Part shown: positions 9,001 to 16,638 of the stretch, piece after piece
Layout of the letters: the number at the start of each line of letters is the position of its first letter
How positions within the stretch are numbered: the stretch's first letter is position 1
Assembly: GCA_017936585.1 (NCBI GenBank)
Contig: JAGBFI010000039.1
Span: forward strand, 1-60,956
Reading direction: 5' to 3'
Origin: Clostridia bacterium
Lineage (GTDB): Bacteria; Bacillota; Clostridia; Christensenellales; UBA1242
Length of the DNA: 60,956 bases
The notes under the pieces: generated by a model
What the model was told of the DNA's origin: nothing
Database searches by the model: none
Seen by the model: the letters and a program-made list of their open reading frames with translations, nothing else
Position numbers and translations under genes: made by a program

Positions 9001-11913
9001 TACCTGCTTATTGTTCACCCAATAACCAAGATTGTATGTATTTACTTCCCATTGAGCGTAGAGAGTTCTTGCACCGGCATAAATCCACTTGCCATTTGCA
9101 TCTGTGTATCCAGTTGCATTTGCCACAAGCGCGCCGTCAGCGTTGATAACTTGCACGCCGCTTGTTGCAGCTGAATAGAACCCTTTGAATGTGTAACCAT
9201 GTCTTGTTGCTGTTGGAGTTGCACTCAAGCCACCATCAAATTCGACTGACACTGTCGTGTGAGAAAGTGTTGCACTGCCCACACCTGTTGTGTCATTTGG
9301 ATCAAGAGTGATTGTGTATGTGATTGGATTCCATTTTGCATAAACAGTGATTGTTTTTGCTGTGTGGTCAACCTGAGCGTTTGCACCAGGAACAACCGTT
9401 GCTGTTGAAATCAAGTTTGCTGCTGTGCATCCGCTGTCAAAATACCAACCGCCGAAATCATAACCATCACGTGTTGCAGTTGCACTCGCCGCTGTGCCAT
9501 AAGTTCCGCCATAGGTCACGCTTGCATTTGCAGGGACATCAACGCTGTCATCCCCACTTGCGTTTCCATTATATATAATAGTATAGGATTGAGCAACCCA
9601 CTTCGCATAGAAAGTAGTGCTTGTTGTAATATTTCCGGTTGTTGCAGGAGACGTTCTATTCCCCAAATCCTTTGTCAAAGTTCCCGTTGAACTTGTCCAA
9701 CCTGAAACATTGTTGTAAAGTTTTTGTGCTTGAACAATATAATCTGTTCCATTTTTTGTGAGTGTGTATCCACCAAATGTATAACCTGTGCGCACTGGAG
9801 CTGAATAGGTTGCTGTGTTTGCACCAAAAGTCAAGGTCGTTGTTGCACTGCCCGCCGTTGTCGCTCCGTTATCATCAAGTTTAACAGTATATGATTCCAC
9901 ACTCCATTGTGCATATAAAGTTCCCGCTGTTGTTGCCCAGCCGCCACTTGAGTTTGTCCAACTGCTTACGCTCTTTTGCAAAACGTTTTGGTTGCTCACA
10001 ACCAAGCTGCCGCTTGTTGCTGCTGAATACCAACCTGTGAATGTGTAACCTGTGCGTGTTGGTGCCGTATACGTTGGCATCGTTGTTGAACCATACGTCA
10101 CACTAACCGTCTGTGTAGTAGGAGTTCCGTTATTGCCGTTCAATGTAATTGAATAAGCATTTGCTGTCCAATGAGCATAGAGCGTTCCGTTTGATGTTCT
10201 GATCCATTGTTTTGAAGCGTTTGTCCAGCTGCTTACACTTGATTGCAAAGCCTTTGCGCTGCTGAGAACCATGCTGCCACCACTTGCTGCTGTGTACCAA
10301 CCTGCAAAGCTGTAGCCTGTGCGTGTTGGAGTTGTGTGTGTTGGAACTGTTGTTGTGCCATATGTCACACTGATTGTTTGTGTTGTTGGAGTTCCGTTGT
10401 TTCCATTCAATGTGATTGTATATGAATTTGCTTTCCAAACAAGATAGAGGTCAACAATTTCGCCATGTGTTGTTGAGCCATCGTTGTCGTCTGAAAGAGT
10501 TGAAACTGAAGCTTGGTCAGCATATTTCACTGTTGTTGCTGAAGATGAAAGCGCCCATCCTTTTGCTGTGTAGCCAGTTTTCGAAGATGTCCAACCAAGA
10601 GAGCTGATTGAACTCAAAGATTTTGCTGTGTTGTATGTGAAGCCTGTTTGAGTTGAAGTTGTTGTGTCAGATGAGCTTGTGTTTCTGTGGAAAGTCACAC
10701 TGTATGTGCAAGGAGTCCAAATTGCATATAGGGTTACGTCTCCTGCATACTTCCAAACTGCAACTGGTGGCGTTCCATAAATATAATCAACGTGGGTCCC
10801 ATTAGCAACATAATCTCCGTTTTCATCAATAACTTTTGAAGTTCCAGCTTGTCCTGATGCCCATCCGCCGAAGCAATAACCATTGCGTGTTGGGGCTTCA
10901 ATTTCATCAGTATATTGCAATTCATATTCAGTGCTGTCGAATATAACCGACATTAACTGACTTGATGGAGAACCATTATTTGCATCCAATGTTACCAAAT
11001 AAGAATTAGGCGTCCAAATTGCATAGATTGCTCCCGCCTTTGAGAGTGTGATTGTGTCGGAACCTACACCATTTGAAGAGTTTGACCACTTGTATGTGTA
11101 ACCAGTTCTTGCAGATCCTGAAGTCCCAAACACGTTTGTTTGATTGTCAAGAGTTGCAGACTCCCAGTTTGCAAGAGAAAGATAAACTGAAGTCTCCGCC
11201 GTCTCTGTGCCATACACATTGTCGTTGTAATACACTCTCACTGCATCTGCGGTGTTGTATCCCGTGATTGAAGTTATTGGCTTTGGCAAAACATAGGTAG
11301 GGGCCCCAGCAGTATCTTCAGCACCAAGCTCATAAGCCCATTTATCTTGGAAATCCCAAGATGAAGTAAAGTTGATAATCGCACCAGAATCATCCACGAA
11401 ATAATTTCTGTCGTTTTTTGCGACCAAGAAGCGGATATCCTTAATATACATGTTGATGAGGTCTGGTGAAACATTGGCAGAATTTGAAACTTCTGCTGCA
11501 GATGATATGAGAGAAGAAACACCAACACCATAAACGCCATCAAGCGTCAATGTTGCATTGGTTGGCATTGTGAATGTTGATTCCTGAAGGAAAATGACAT
11601 TTGTCATCGAAATCTCTTCCACCGTTGTTGGAATGTTTGTGAAAAGAGAGTTGCTGTGACTTACAATCACATTCTCCATCTCGATGACTGAGCATGAAAC
11701 ACTGCTCAAGTCAATGCTTGATGACAGCCATTCGTCTTGCACAACATAGGCATCGTTGACAACGCCAACGCTGTCAGCGCCCACTGAGACGCCTTCCTCC
11801 CCTTGTGTTGATGTTGAAGTTGGAAACTGTGGCAATGCAGCCACGCCAATTCCGAATGTTGTTGCAAGTACCCATGCAAACATCAAAAATCCGAATCCAA
11901 TTTTCTTTCTCAT
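1..11913 (-). CDS. giant secreted cell-surface protein rich in Flg_new (Listeria-Bacteroides) repeats; partial, 3' end lies beyond the window edge (>=3971 codons)
   Basis: ATG (rc) at 11913 with GAGG 5 nt upstream. Hand translation gives MRKKIGFGFLMFAWVLATTFGIGVAALPQFP..., which looks like a signal peptide. The same frame (codons aligned to position 1) reads ...VTYDSAVVSAITAPARTGYTFAG at the edge. GY(T/D/N)F.GW and LYA.W motifs recur every ~70-90 codons. The track has no minus-strand ORF in this frame between 1 and 11913, as expected for one ORF open to the window edge. Confidence 0.9.
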   Translation of the reverse strand, partial: MRKKIGFGFLMFAWVLATTFGIGVAALPQFPTSTSTQGEEGVSVGADSVGVVNDAYVVQDEWLSSSIDLSSVSCSVIEMENVIVSHSNSLFTNIPTTVEEISMTNVIFLQESTFTMPTNATLTLDGVYGVGVSSLISSAAEVSNSANVSPDLINMYIKDIRFLVAKNDRNYFVDDSGAIINFTSSWDFQDKWAYELGAEDTAGAPTYVLPKPITSITGYNTADAVRVYYNDNVYGTETAETSVYLSLANWESATLDNQTNVFGTSGSARTGYTYKWSNSSNGVGSDTITLSKAGAIYAIWTPNSYLVTLDANNGSPSSQLMSVIFDSTEYELQYTDEIEAPTRNGYCFGGWASGQAGTSKVIDENGDYVANGTHVDYIYGTPPVAVWKYAGDVTLYAIWTPCTYSVTFHRNTSSSDTTTSTQTGFTYNTAKSLSSISSLGWTSSKTGYTAKGWALSSSATTVKYADQASVSTLSDDNDGSTTHGEIVDLYLVWKANSYTITLNGNNGTPTTQTISVTYGTTTVPTHTTPTRTGYSFAGWYTAASGGSMVLSSAKALQSSVSSWTNASKQWIRTSNGTLYAHWTANAYSITLNGNNGTPTTQTVSVTYGSTTMPTYTAPTRTGYTFTGWYSAATSGSLVVSNQNVLQKSVSSWTNSSGGWATTAGTLYAQWSVESYTVKLDDNGATTAGSATTTLTFGANTATYSAPVRTGYTFGGYTLTKNGTDYIVQAQKLYNNVSGWTSSTGTLTKDLGNRTSPATTGNITTSTTFYAKWVAQSYTIIYNGNASGDDSVDVPANASVTYGGTYGTAASATATRDGYDFGGWYFDSGCTAANLISTATVVPGANAQVDHTAKTITVYAKWNPITYTITLDPNDTTGVGSATLSHTTVSVEFDGGLSATPTATRHGYTFKGFYSAATSGVQVINADGALVANATGYTDANGKWIYAGARTLYAQWEVNTYNLGYWVNNKQVAAYEYDIEDKITIESASVEGYQLVHWVASPMGSDYNWTVDSTHAAGSILTGIYGHVDMNAVLSAETYNVILNYADADVSGSATVKVTYDSATITGTIPTPTRFGYNFAGWTVTKGGTDTVINTSGKYVYLSGYTTSGSSPVWQRDLSGTSLTLYSAWTAKTSGVTLTYQENGGTTVADKSKTFATTYTSTDLPDITKTGYTFNGWYADSAFSTKLTANSSVFDANGATWAEDGSMVGTIYAKFTPNTYTISFEENGGSAANSIKVNYDAVYSSLPTTTKTGYTFSGWYTAASGGTKVSNATTFNANTVGNIDHANLTGTLYAQWGANTIKVTYNANAGTGSSTPSVSPTTASKTYGVAYGTLATASRTGYTFNGWYTAASGGTKVSTTTVLTSSTIGNYSESGKNGTLYAHWTANTITVTYVANAGSDSVTITTGTTQNVVYDTAYGTLMTASRVGYNFLGWATSASATASNVTASTKLTNVTVGDYSDANKTGKLYAVWQAKTVTVKYLVGTPTGSTTPTINPTSETKTYGKAIGSFAATATREGYSFTGWRTGENGSGTLVLATTVLNSSLSTYDDSTATLNLYANWKKEIYTITLNVNGGELTSGTTPLYIYFDGMALYSTNTNDVLSNAATPVATREGYTFDGWYTVTLDGTEVVSYDQLVIKANGSAASSWTYTENKTLYAKWNANKYDIFAHKDTGVANATWSDKAGWSDAGSVTIGDVSYTTSLKKSIDFDTVYGTLPVAAANGYTFIGWTTVQHGKVYKSTETVDNSILVSSSTVLASTTVGANLYAVWKELSYTITFNTNSGSWVSGFAPTTGYVITDTTTLPVAANITRTGYTFMGWKPSADAGNWAAATTYAGGTSVQNKYGDVTLVAQWTANTVEVNLSLTGYGTATASADYNKVYITYNTKNIYEKRTGSAYPYAGSGSVIKPTATAIDVDNSAEAYTFLGWYNGSTQVINASGVLVSNWTLNAADGQTLVSKWQANKFAITLNYNQGNATETTASVTATYDSSTITGTVPTPTKTGYVFGGWATGKNGTVKVIDSKGAFIASVAGYTNASKAWTRAEASTTLYAVWTQGTYNVTYVANTTDSVTLPTPNPTSVTYDNTYGSVAEAEATRVGYTFGGWYKDASCTTKVTADTVVSTASNHNLYAKWTAERYAVSIGNLYDANGATASNATVYFEYDSDKIYAGKTGTATASLVFTRLGYDFQGLFTAASSGVQISISTGAFVANTTNGWVVGGAWVHDVSATITLFAQWNVHEYTITYSIDNTAHFEGVTGTEKYDITDANVSLYDSTQVIKTGYTLQWKVADSYNGNNATWLAMKTTPRSGSVAGPLYDDVTLEAVWTPVTTNITITLVIENGFGPSSHTATYDATVGKISQISGTPAAVGTDVAWRTGYKFEGFFTKEQGAGVKVFNADGSVVSNFAEKLVDENNGNVLYLAKNDSSEVIWKYAQSTLDLYAHWSKLSYTLNYAVGTGINSIKINGINYTTSGTTSVEYGSSVTVVAAPKAGYTLGKWTAGTSVNPTTQVGETVNSTDNTITYTFTMNAALFGLSEADGDVLSNTTNIYYVKSNATAHEVAYTLQYRLQIGDIDGSSYSDASTITGTKAVTDTTLKIEDLKALIPASQLYGREYKSFETNKSNSLKVAGDGSLVVTIYYNKVGYTITYQIDESIGEYTGRNYGEEDAYAHLVRIYDVESEGTLLGWNDVRRNGYMLSGWQSTATAAVGTWSSTQTYTTLAKGSYGTVTLKAVWTPETYTITYDTQGGTAIADETYTYGSAAKNLPTATGKTGYTFAGWTEALVYTADSWYQGMTDVFDLFEIYDTAGFTSKTYTVRKGVTYTKPESDIFMDISGIYFFDEDGTQVGVFSGKPEEAGEYINEEASYVIHNSWFNYEYELLYASDLMTVLPANSMGHRKFIANWTANKVEVTLDANKGTGTTTPTIYPLNTITNNKIYIEFDSKNIYASRDAETTIAPLATRDGYVFDGWYNGSTQVIDKNGVLVANWTEADSVTLSAKWKPNNYSIILAPNGGTISSATAGTNTTLSTVDGNKVLTATYDKAGTFTSVVKRAGYTFSGWSTSLSEVETTNSTLGSLITNVTPTGNASAGWTVTGTGVKNLAYSGSVTLYAIWEPLWVEITLDPNADAGSSTPNFETGIATDATGNGTIYVKYDALYSTAVYDKTSTVVKGLPTPTRDGYTFAGWFNGATQIKNTFNANSYTTYNDSTKQYEITLTAAWDVNKIDVIYHKNDGGADVTHKVQATYDEAFTFLNGDAIDGFDVTGYTFSHWTDASNGGTTYTGTIDAWTRTTTLNLYAQRNADEYTVTLNYNGGTYNSTSSSTVKTTFDSPTIVGTIHTPVRAGYTFLGWTVTKDGEDYIIGKDGAFDAFENYTAIATVAGSEAIVWKHDADLVVYARWRAESVGYTVYRFTQTLEAAVAGKSTFSPVKNGANYTAANYALNSSVGAEKTVGLTVSADEIAAYYTAISGFTTPTSYTTNLASNSTVVQGDGSLAIFLVYTRKSFTVTVTDTTTGGKGVGNITATGNAGRTLTDSNSGADVAAYTVYFGESVTVVGALNVGYNTITYTSSDVTLTGGTFTTPAKNVAISIGATAGKVNYIVNVYYQDIDASNELSYSTVEKKTVESGATVDTRFTLSSDNIATYSKSGFEYDEDAANVVGPLNINGNGTTEFTIYFKRSTYTLTIDANNGTYTGNTTVSGVYGSTYTLGNITRAGYDFSAWTLAGATGANFGSISGKVYTFGAGNGTVKATWAATGYTITYINNGTTSTQEYNTESTESLEVPTRVGYIFNGWKASNSEGTWVDGTIYKPTTSAPITLNGKYGDVTLTAQWEAEIYIVSLNENGGVSSTNSVQVTYDSSTITAITAPTRTGYIFDGWTLTPNGTDYIIKEGVLVAQTGYAVSVDGTVIWQKDLGDAASNPIAAMAELAFYAHWTAETYTITLEGNKATTAGSTSATVTYDSAVVSAITAPARTGYTFAG
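9783..10440 (-). repeat. three consecutive ~265-nt (88-89 codon) repeat modules inside the giant gene
   Basis: The anchor word cctgtgcg recurs at about 9785, 10049 and 10316 (periods 264 and 267 nt). Adjacent ~125-nt blocks align at roughly 75 percent identity by eye. Confidence 0.6.
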
Positions 11914-11983
11914 AAAAACCTCATCTTTAATTTTTCTGAACTGCCAACCTGTGACAGACCACAGAATTTTATCGTTCGCATAT

Positions 11984-12012
11984 ATTTTAATATATTAGGC
12001 AAAAAATGTCAA
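11984..12012 (-). promoter_or_regulatory. sigma-70-type promoter of the giant gene
   Basis: rc reads TTGACA, 17 nt, TAAAAT, about 70 nt upstream of the ATG. Confidence 0.55.
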
Positions 12013-12351
12013 TTTAATTCTTCAAAATAATCACATTTTTTTTAAATCTCAAAATCGCTAAATGTGCGTATTTTAGGGACAAAAAATTGATTGCAAAATC
12101 AACAAAAAACCACCCCGAAACGGGCGTTTTTTCGCCGTCTCAAAATCTCAAAAAAATGAAAAATTTTGAGCTATTTTTTCAAAAAAATGCGTTTTTTTTC
12201 GAATTTTTTGCAAATTTTAAGCAATTTTTTTGAGATTTTTATTTTTTCGAAATTTTCAAAACAGGGACTTTGAAGCAAGATTTCACCCTCAAAACATGCC
12301 TGCACAAGAACATAAATTTTGCCATAGAATGATTGTGGAGGCACCCCGCAA

Positions 12352-13143
12352 ATGACATCCAACGAAATATTTTTCATAATTTTATCATTCACACTACCAT
12401 TTTTGATGACAGTTTTGGGCTCAACCCTCATATTTTTCTTCAACAAACAGTCAAAAGCAGTCAATTCCATCACAATTGGTCTGGCTTCAGGCATAATGTT
12501 GTCTGCTTCAATATGGTCCCTGCTCGTTCCATCACTTGAAGACGCAAAATCGCTGTGGGGCGATTTAGCCTTTATTCCCGCCGTGATTGGTTTGGCAATT
12601 GGTTGCGTCTTTATGATTGCTTTGGATGTAATTTCGGCTTATTTTTTGAAAAAATCAAGAGAAAATACGCAAAATAACGCAATTTTTTCCTCTAAAAGCG
12701 CTTTTAAGCTCTTCACCGCCATAACAATCCACAACATCCCGGAAGGACTTTCTGTGGGCTTTGCAGTGGGCACAGCGGTTGCAATTGCTTCTCCAATCTT
12801 CACACCTTTCATGTTTGCACTTGGAATTGCACTGCAAAACTTCCCAGAAGGACTTGCAACAGTTCTTCCAATGTACAATTCCCTGGGTAAAAAGAAAAAA
12901 TCATTCTTCCTGAGCTGCCTCAGCGGCATTGTGGAGCCAATTTTTGCCATCGCAGGCTTCTTTTTAGCATCAAATGTCACATTTTTACTGCCTTGGCTGC
13001 TGTCATTCTCCGCTGGAACAATGATTTACGTCATAATTCAAGAACTTTTGCCCGAAATAAAGTCAGAAAACAACTCCCTTTGTGGAGTGATTTCCTTTGT
13101 GATTGGCTTTATTCTGATGATGCTGCTGGATGTTTGCATCTAA
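12352..13143 (+). CDS. zupT: ZIP-family zinc/divalent metal transporter
   Basis: 263 aa, polytopic membrane protein with the HNIPEGLSVG ZIP signature. GGAGG lies 10 nt upstream of the ATG. Confidence 0.85.
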   Translation: MTSNEIFFIILSFTLPFLMTVLGSTLIFFFNKQSKAVNSITIGLASGIMLSASIWSLLVPSLEDAKSLWGDLAFIPAVIGLAIGCVFMIALDVISAYFLKKSRENTQNNAIFSSKSAFKLFTAITIHNIPEGLSVGFAVGTAVAIASPIFTPFMFALGIALQNFPEGLATVLPMYNSLGKKKKSFFLSCLSGIVEPIFAIAGFFLASNVTFLLPWLLSFSAGTMIYVIIQELLPEIKSENNSLCGVISFVIGFILMMLLDVCI

Positions 13144-13418
13144 AAACATCCAAATGCAATACACGACCCTCATTTTACTCAATTTATAGACTATTTTTTT
13201 GAAACGATTTTCTTTTCGTTATTTAAACGCGGAAAAATTTGCCAAAAGAAAAAATTATTACACTGAAAAATCGCAAAAAATTTCATCTAGAACGACGCAA
13301 ACACAGCTTCAAAACAACAAAAAAAAAGAAGCAAAACTGCCTCTTTTTTTATTTTTTATGATTTTTACTGAATTTTTTGATAATTTTAACCAATTTTTCA
13401 GCATTTTTTCAAAACAGG

Positions 13419-13865
13419 TCATGCTTTGCCAGTTGAACCAAAACCGCCCGCTCCGCGTGCAGAATCTTCAAGTTGGCAAACCTCTTCAAAAACTCCCGCA
13501 TAATATGGCGTAAACACAACTTGAGCCACCCTGTCACCATTTTGCACTGTTCTTACCTCTTCCGAATGGTTGTGGAGTGCCACCATAACCTCTCCGCGAT
13601 AATCCGCATCAATCACTCCGACCTTATTCGCTGGCGCCAAGCCCTGTTTGCAGCTCAAACCACTTCTTGCGTACAACAAACACGCCACACCCGCTGGAAA
13701 CTCGAATGAAAGCCCTGTTGGGATGAATTTCGTCTCATATGGCTTGATCACAACACTTTCTTCCAAACAAGCATAAACGTCCGCTCCTGCGGCAAATTCG
13801 CTGCCATATGTAGGGATTTTTGCATCATTTTTCAGTTTTTTCACTTTGATTTGCAATTTTTCCAT
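13419..13865 (-). CDS. dut: dUTP diphosphatase
   Basis: dUTPase motifs AAGADVYA, RSGL, GVIDADYRGE and GGFGSTG. Start moved from the track's GTG (13931) to the internal ATG (MEKLQIKV), which has an AGAGGA RBS. Confidence 0.9.
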   Translation of the reverse strand: MEKLQIKVKKLKNDAKIPTYGSEFAAGADVYACLEESVVIKPYETKFIPTGLSFEFPAGVACLLYARSGLSCKQGLAPANKVGVIDADYRGEVMVALHNHSEEVRTVQNGDRVAQVVFTPYYAGVFEEVCQLEDSARGAGGFGSTGKA

Positions 13866-13902
13866 ATTTTTTCCTCTATTTTTAGTGAATTTTTGATAAT
13901 TT

Positions 13903-14415
13903 TTAAATATTTTCTTCCAAAAGCACAACACCGCCGTTTATAAGCGATTTTTGCACATCAATCACACGTTGATTTGCAGAGCCCTTCCATTTGAGAAGTG
14001 GATTTGCCAGCTCCTCTTGAAACTGCCCGTCCACAAGCACATCAACATATTTCAACGTCTCTTTCGCCTTTTCTGATACAACCAAATCCCTGTCAAACAG
14101 AAATCCAGACCAAACCCAGACGTTTTTTTCTGGATACTTCTCCTTCAAAGCCTTCGCAAGGCGCCCTGTTCCTTCAACATTAAGCGGATGCATAGGCTCC
14201 CCGCCCAAAATCGACAACCCAGCAATATGTTCTGGCGTACAAAGTTCCAAGACACGAGCAATTGTCTCGTCTGTGAACTCTTTTCCGCCGTTGAAATCGT
14301 GGGTTTCTGGATTAAAACAGTTCTTACAATTAAAGCAGCAGCCCTGCATAAATATGGAAACCCTCACTCCGGGGCCATTTACTATGTCCATTTTTCGAAT
14401 TTTGTTGTATCTCAT
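13903..14415 (-). CDS. nrdG: anaerobic ribonucleoside-triphosphate reductase activating protein (radical SAM)
   Basis: 170 aa with the Cys cluster GCCFNCKNCFN and N-terminal DIVNGPGVRVSIF. Lies directly downstream of nrdD. Confidence 0.9.
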   Translation of the reverse strand: MRYNKIRKMDIVNGPGVRVSIFMQGCCFNCKNCFNPETHDFNGGKEFTDETIARVLELCTPEHIAGLSILGGEPMHPLNVEGTGRLAKALKEKYPEKNVWVWSGFLFDRDLVVSEKAKETLKYVDVLVDGQFQEELANPLLKWKGSANQRVIDVQKSLINGGVVLLEENI

Positions 14416-14416
14416 C

Positions 14417-16576
14417 CTATTCCTCAGAATCTTTGTTGTCTAAGTGTATCACGCGTTCCTTGATTTCTTGCGTTCTGCCTTTATTCCAGAAGTTTGTGCC
14501 GATATATCCGCATGTTCTTCTTGCAACATTCAGCTTGTCATGGTCGCGATTGCCGCAATTTGGGCAATACCACTCAAGATTTTCGTCAATCAAAATCTCT
14601 CCGGTATATCCACACGCCTGACAGAAGTCGCTTTTTGTGTTAATTTCCGCGTACATAATATTGTCATAAAGGAATTTGATAACCTCAATGACCGCATCCA
14701 AATTGTTTGTCAAATTTGCAGCTTCAATATATGAAATTGCACCGCCAGGACTCAATCTCTGGAATTCACTTTCAAGTTTGAGTTTGCTGAACGCATCAAT
14801 TTCCTCAAAGACTGGCACGTGATATGAATTTGTGATATAATTTCTGTCTGTCACACCTTCAACTGTTCCAAAACGCTTCTTCAGGCACTTTGCAAACTTA
14901 TAAGTCGTCGATTCAATTGGTGTTCCATAAACGCTGTAGTCAATCTTTTCCGCTTCTTTCCATTCTTTACACTTGTCGTTGAGCTTTTGCATAACTTCCA
15001 AAGCGAACTTTTTGCCAACGCCATTGTCTGTGTGGCTGTGTTCTGTCATGAATTTCACGCATTCGTAAAGCCCTGCATACCCCAAAGAAATGGTTGAATA
15101 GCCGTCATGCAGCAAATCATGAATACTCTCGCCTTTCTTAAGTCTTGCAAGCGCACCGTGTTGCCACAAAATCGGAGCAACATCAGATGTCACCTTACTG
15201 AGACGCTTATGTCTGATTTGAAGGGCTCTGTGACAAAGTTCCAAACGCTCTTCAAGAATGTTCCAAAATGCATCCATATCTTTGTCAGCAGAAAGTGCAA
15301 CGTCCACCAAGTTAATTGTAACAACTCCTTGGTTGAATCTGCCGTAATATTTTGGCTTGCCATTTTTGTCTACATATGGGGTCAGGAATGATCTGCATCC
15401 CATGCAAGGATAGCATTGTCCGTCACCATTTTTGTCAATTTTATATTGTTTCATCATTTTTTCAGAGATGTAGTCAGGAACCATTCTTTTAGCGCTGCAT
15501 TCAGCAGCAAGTTTTGTCAAATAGAAATATTTGCTGTCCTCGTGAATATTGTCTTCTTCCAAAACATACAACAGTTTTGGGAACGCAGGCGTGATGTAAA
15601 CGCCTTTTTCATTCTTCATTCCTTGAATTCTTTGTCTCAGAACTTCCTCAATCACCATTGCAAGTTCATCTTTATATTCGTCAGTTTCGCCCAAATACAT
15701 ACACACACTCAAGAATGGTGCTTGCCCATTTGTTGTTGTCATGGAATTGATTTGATATTGGAATGTTTGAACGCCATCCGTGATTTCTTTTTGCAAATCC
15801 TCTTTGGCAAATCTTTCGCATTGTTCATCCGTGAGCCCACGTTCTTGATATTTCTTGAGATAACGTTTATAGCTCTCTCTCACAAATGGTGCAACGTGTG
15901 TCAAAGTGATTGTGGCCCCGCCATATTGGCTGGATGAAACCGCTGTGATAAGCTGGGTTGCAATCGTCATCGCCGTCAAAAATCTGTGTGGTTTTTCAAT
16001 CATGACATTGTTGATGTTTGTTCCGTTTTGAAGCATATCTTCCAAATTGATAAGATCACAGTTGTGCAAAGCATTTTGCGCAAAATAGTCCGCATCGTGG
16101 AAATGAATCACCCCTTCGTCATGGGCTTTCACAATGTCTTCCGGAAGCAAAAATCTTCTTGTAATATCCGTGCTTGTGATGCCAGCAATGTAGTCTCTTT
16201 GAGTTGTCACAACTCTTGCGTTTTTGTTGGAATTTTCAGTGTTCCAATATTCGCTCTCGCCGTCAATCAATTCTTTGATGGCAAGGTCGGTTGAATTTGC
16301 CTTTCTCACAAGCTCTCTTGTGTATCTGTAAACTATGTATTTTTTTGCTAAGTCATAATGGCCGAAAGACATCAGTTTTTGTTCAATTATGTCTTGAATA
16401 TCCTCAACAAGCAATCTTTTTTTACCAAGCTTCTCAATATAAGCCAGAATTTCTCTGATTTGTTCTCTGGTTGCTTGGTCTTTTTCTTCAACCTCTTTGT
16501 TTGCCTTTTCAATCGCAACCCTGATTTTACTTGGATCGAAATCCACAATACTGCCATTTCTTTTGATTACCTGCAT
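14417..16576 (-). CDS. nrdD: anaerobic (class III) ribonucleoside-triphosphate reductase
   Basis: ATP-cone N-terminus MQVIKRNGSIVDFDPSKI, C-terminal Zn ribbon CQACG...CPNCG, and glycyl-radical motif RRTCGYIG. Start set at the ATG preceded by GGAGGTG (the track ORF extends to 16672). Confidence 0.92.
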   Translation of the reverse strand: MQVIKRNGSIVDFDPSKIRVAIEKANKEVEEKDQATREQIREILAYIEKLGKKRLLVEDIQDIIEQKLMSFGHYDLAKKYIVYRYTRELVRKANSTDLAIKELIDGESEYWNTENSNKNARVVTTQRDYIAGITSTDITRRFLLPEDIVKAHDEGVIHFHDADYFAQNALHNCDLINLEDMLQNGTNINNVMIEKPHRFLTAMTIATQLITAVSSSQYGGATITLTHVAPFVRESYKRYLKKYQERGLTDEQCERFAKEDLQKEITDGVQTFQYQINSMTTTNGQAPFLSVCMYLGETDEYKDELAMVIEEVLRQRIQGMKNEKGVYITPAFPKLLYVLEEDNIHEDSKYFYLTKLAAECSAKRMVPDYISEKMMKQYKIDKNGDGQCYPCMGCRSFLTPYVDKNGKPKYYGRFNQGVVTINLVDVALSADKDMDAFWNILEERLELCHRALQIRHKRLSKVTSDVAPILWQHGALARLKKGESIHDLLHDGYSTISLGYAGLYECVKFMTEHSHTDNGVGKKFALEVMQKLNDKCKEWKEAEKIDYSVYGTPIESTTYKFAKCLKKRFGTVEGVTDRNYITNSYHVPVFEEIDAFSKLKLESEFQRLSPGGAISYIEAANLTNNLDAVIEVIKFLYDNIMYAEINTKSDFCQACGYTGEILIDENLEWYCPNCGNRDHDKLNVARRTCGYIGTNFWNKGRTQEIKERVIHLDNKDSEE

Positions 16577-16638
16577 TTCAAACACCTCCATCCATTTTGC
16601 CAAAAATCGAGTCCTTGGCAAGCAAGTTTTCAAAATTG

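Noticed and set aside
1-11913. The lack of any long listed ORF in 11.9 kb suggested non-coding DNA, a pseudogene field, or an alternative genetic code.
   Set aside because: One minus-strand frame is open from ATG 11913 to the window edge and translates to a coherent repeat protein. The track simply omits ORFs that lack an in-window stop. Other genes in the window use all three standard stop codons.
11914-12351. An invertible (phase-variable) promoter for the giant adhesin gene, suggested by 10-nt inverted words.
   Set aside because: The inverted copies (about 12140 and 12231) do not flank the predicted promoter at 11984-12012. They are short and AT-rich, and no recombinase gene is nearby.
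12171-12494. A 107-aa minus-strand ORF overlapping the zupT start.
   Set aside because: It runs through AT-rich intergenic DNA and the antisense of zupT. It has no RBS and a lysine/phenylalanine-rich translation.
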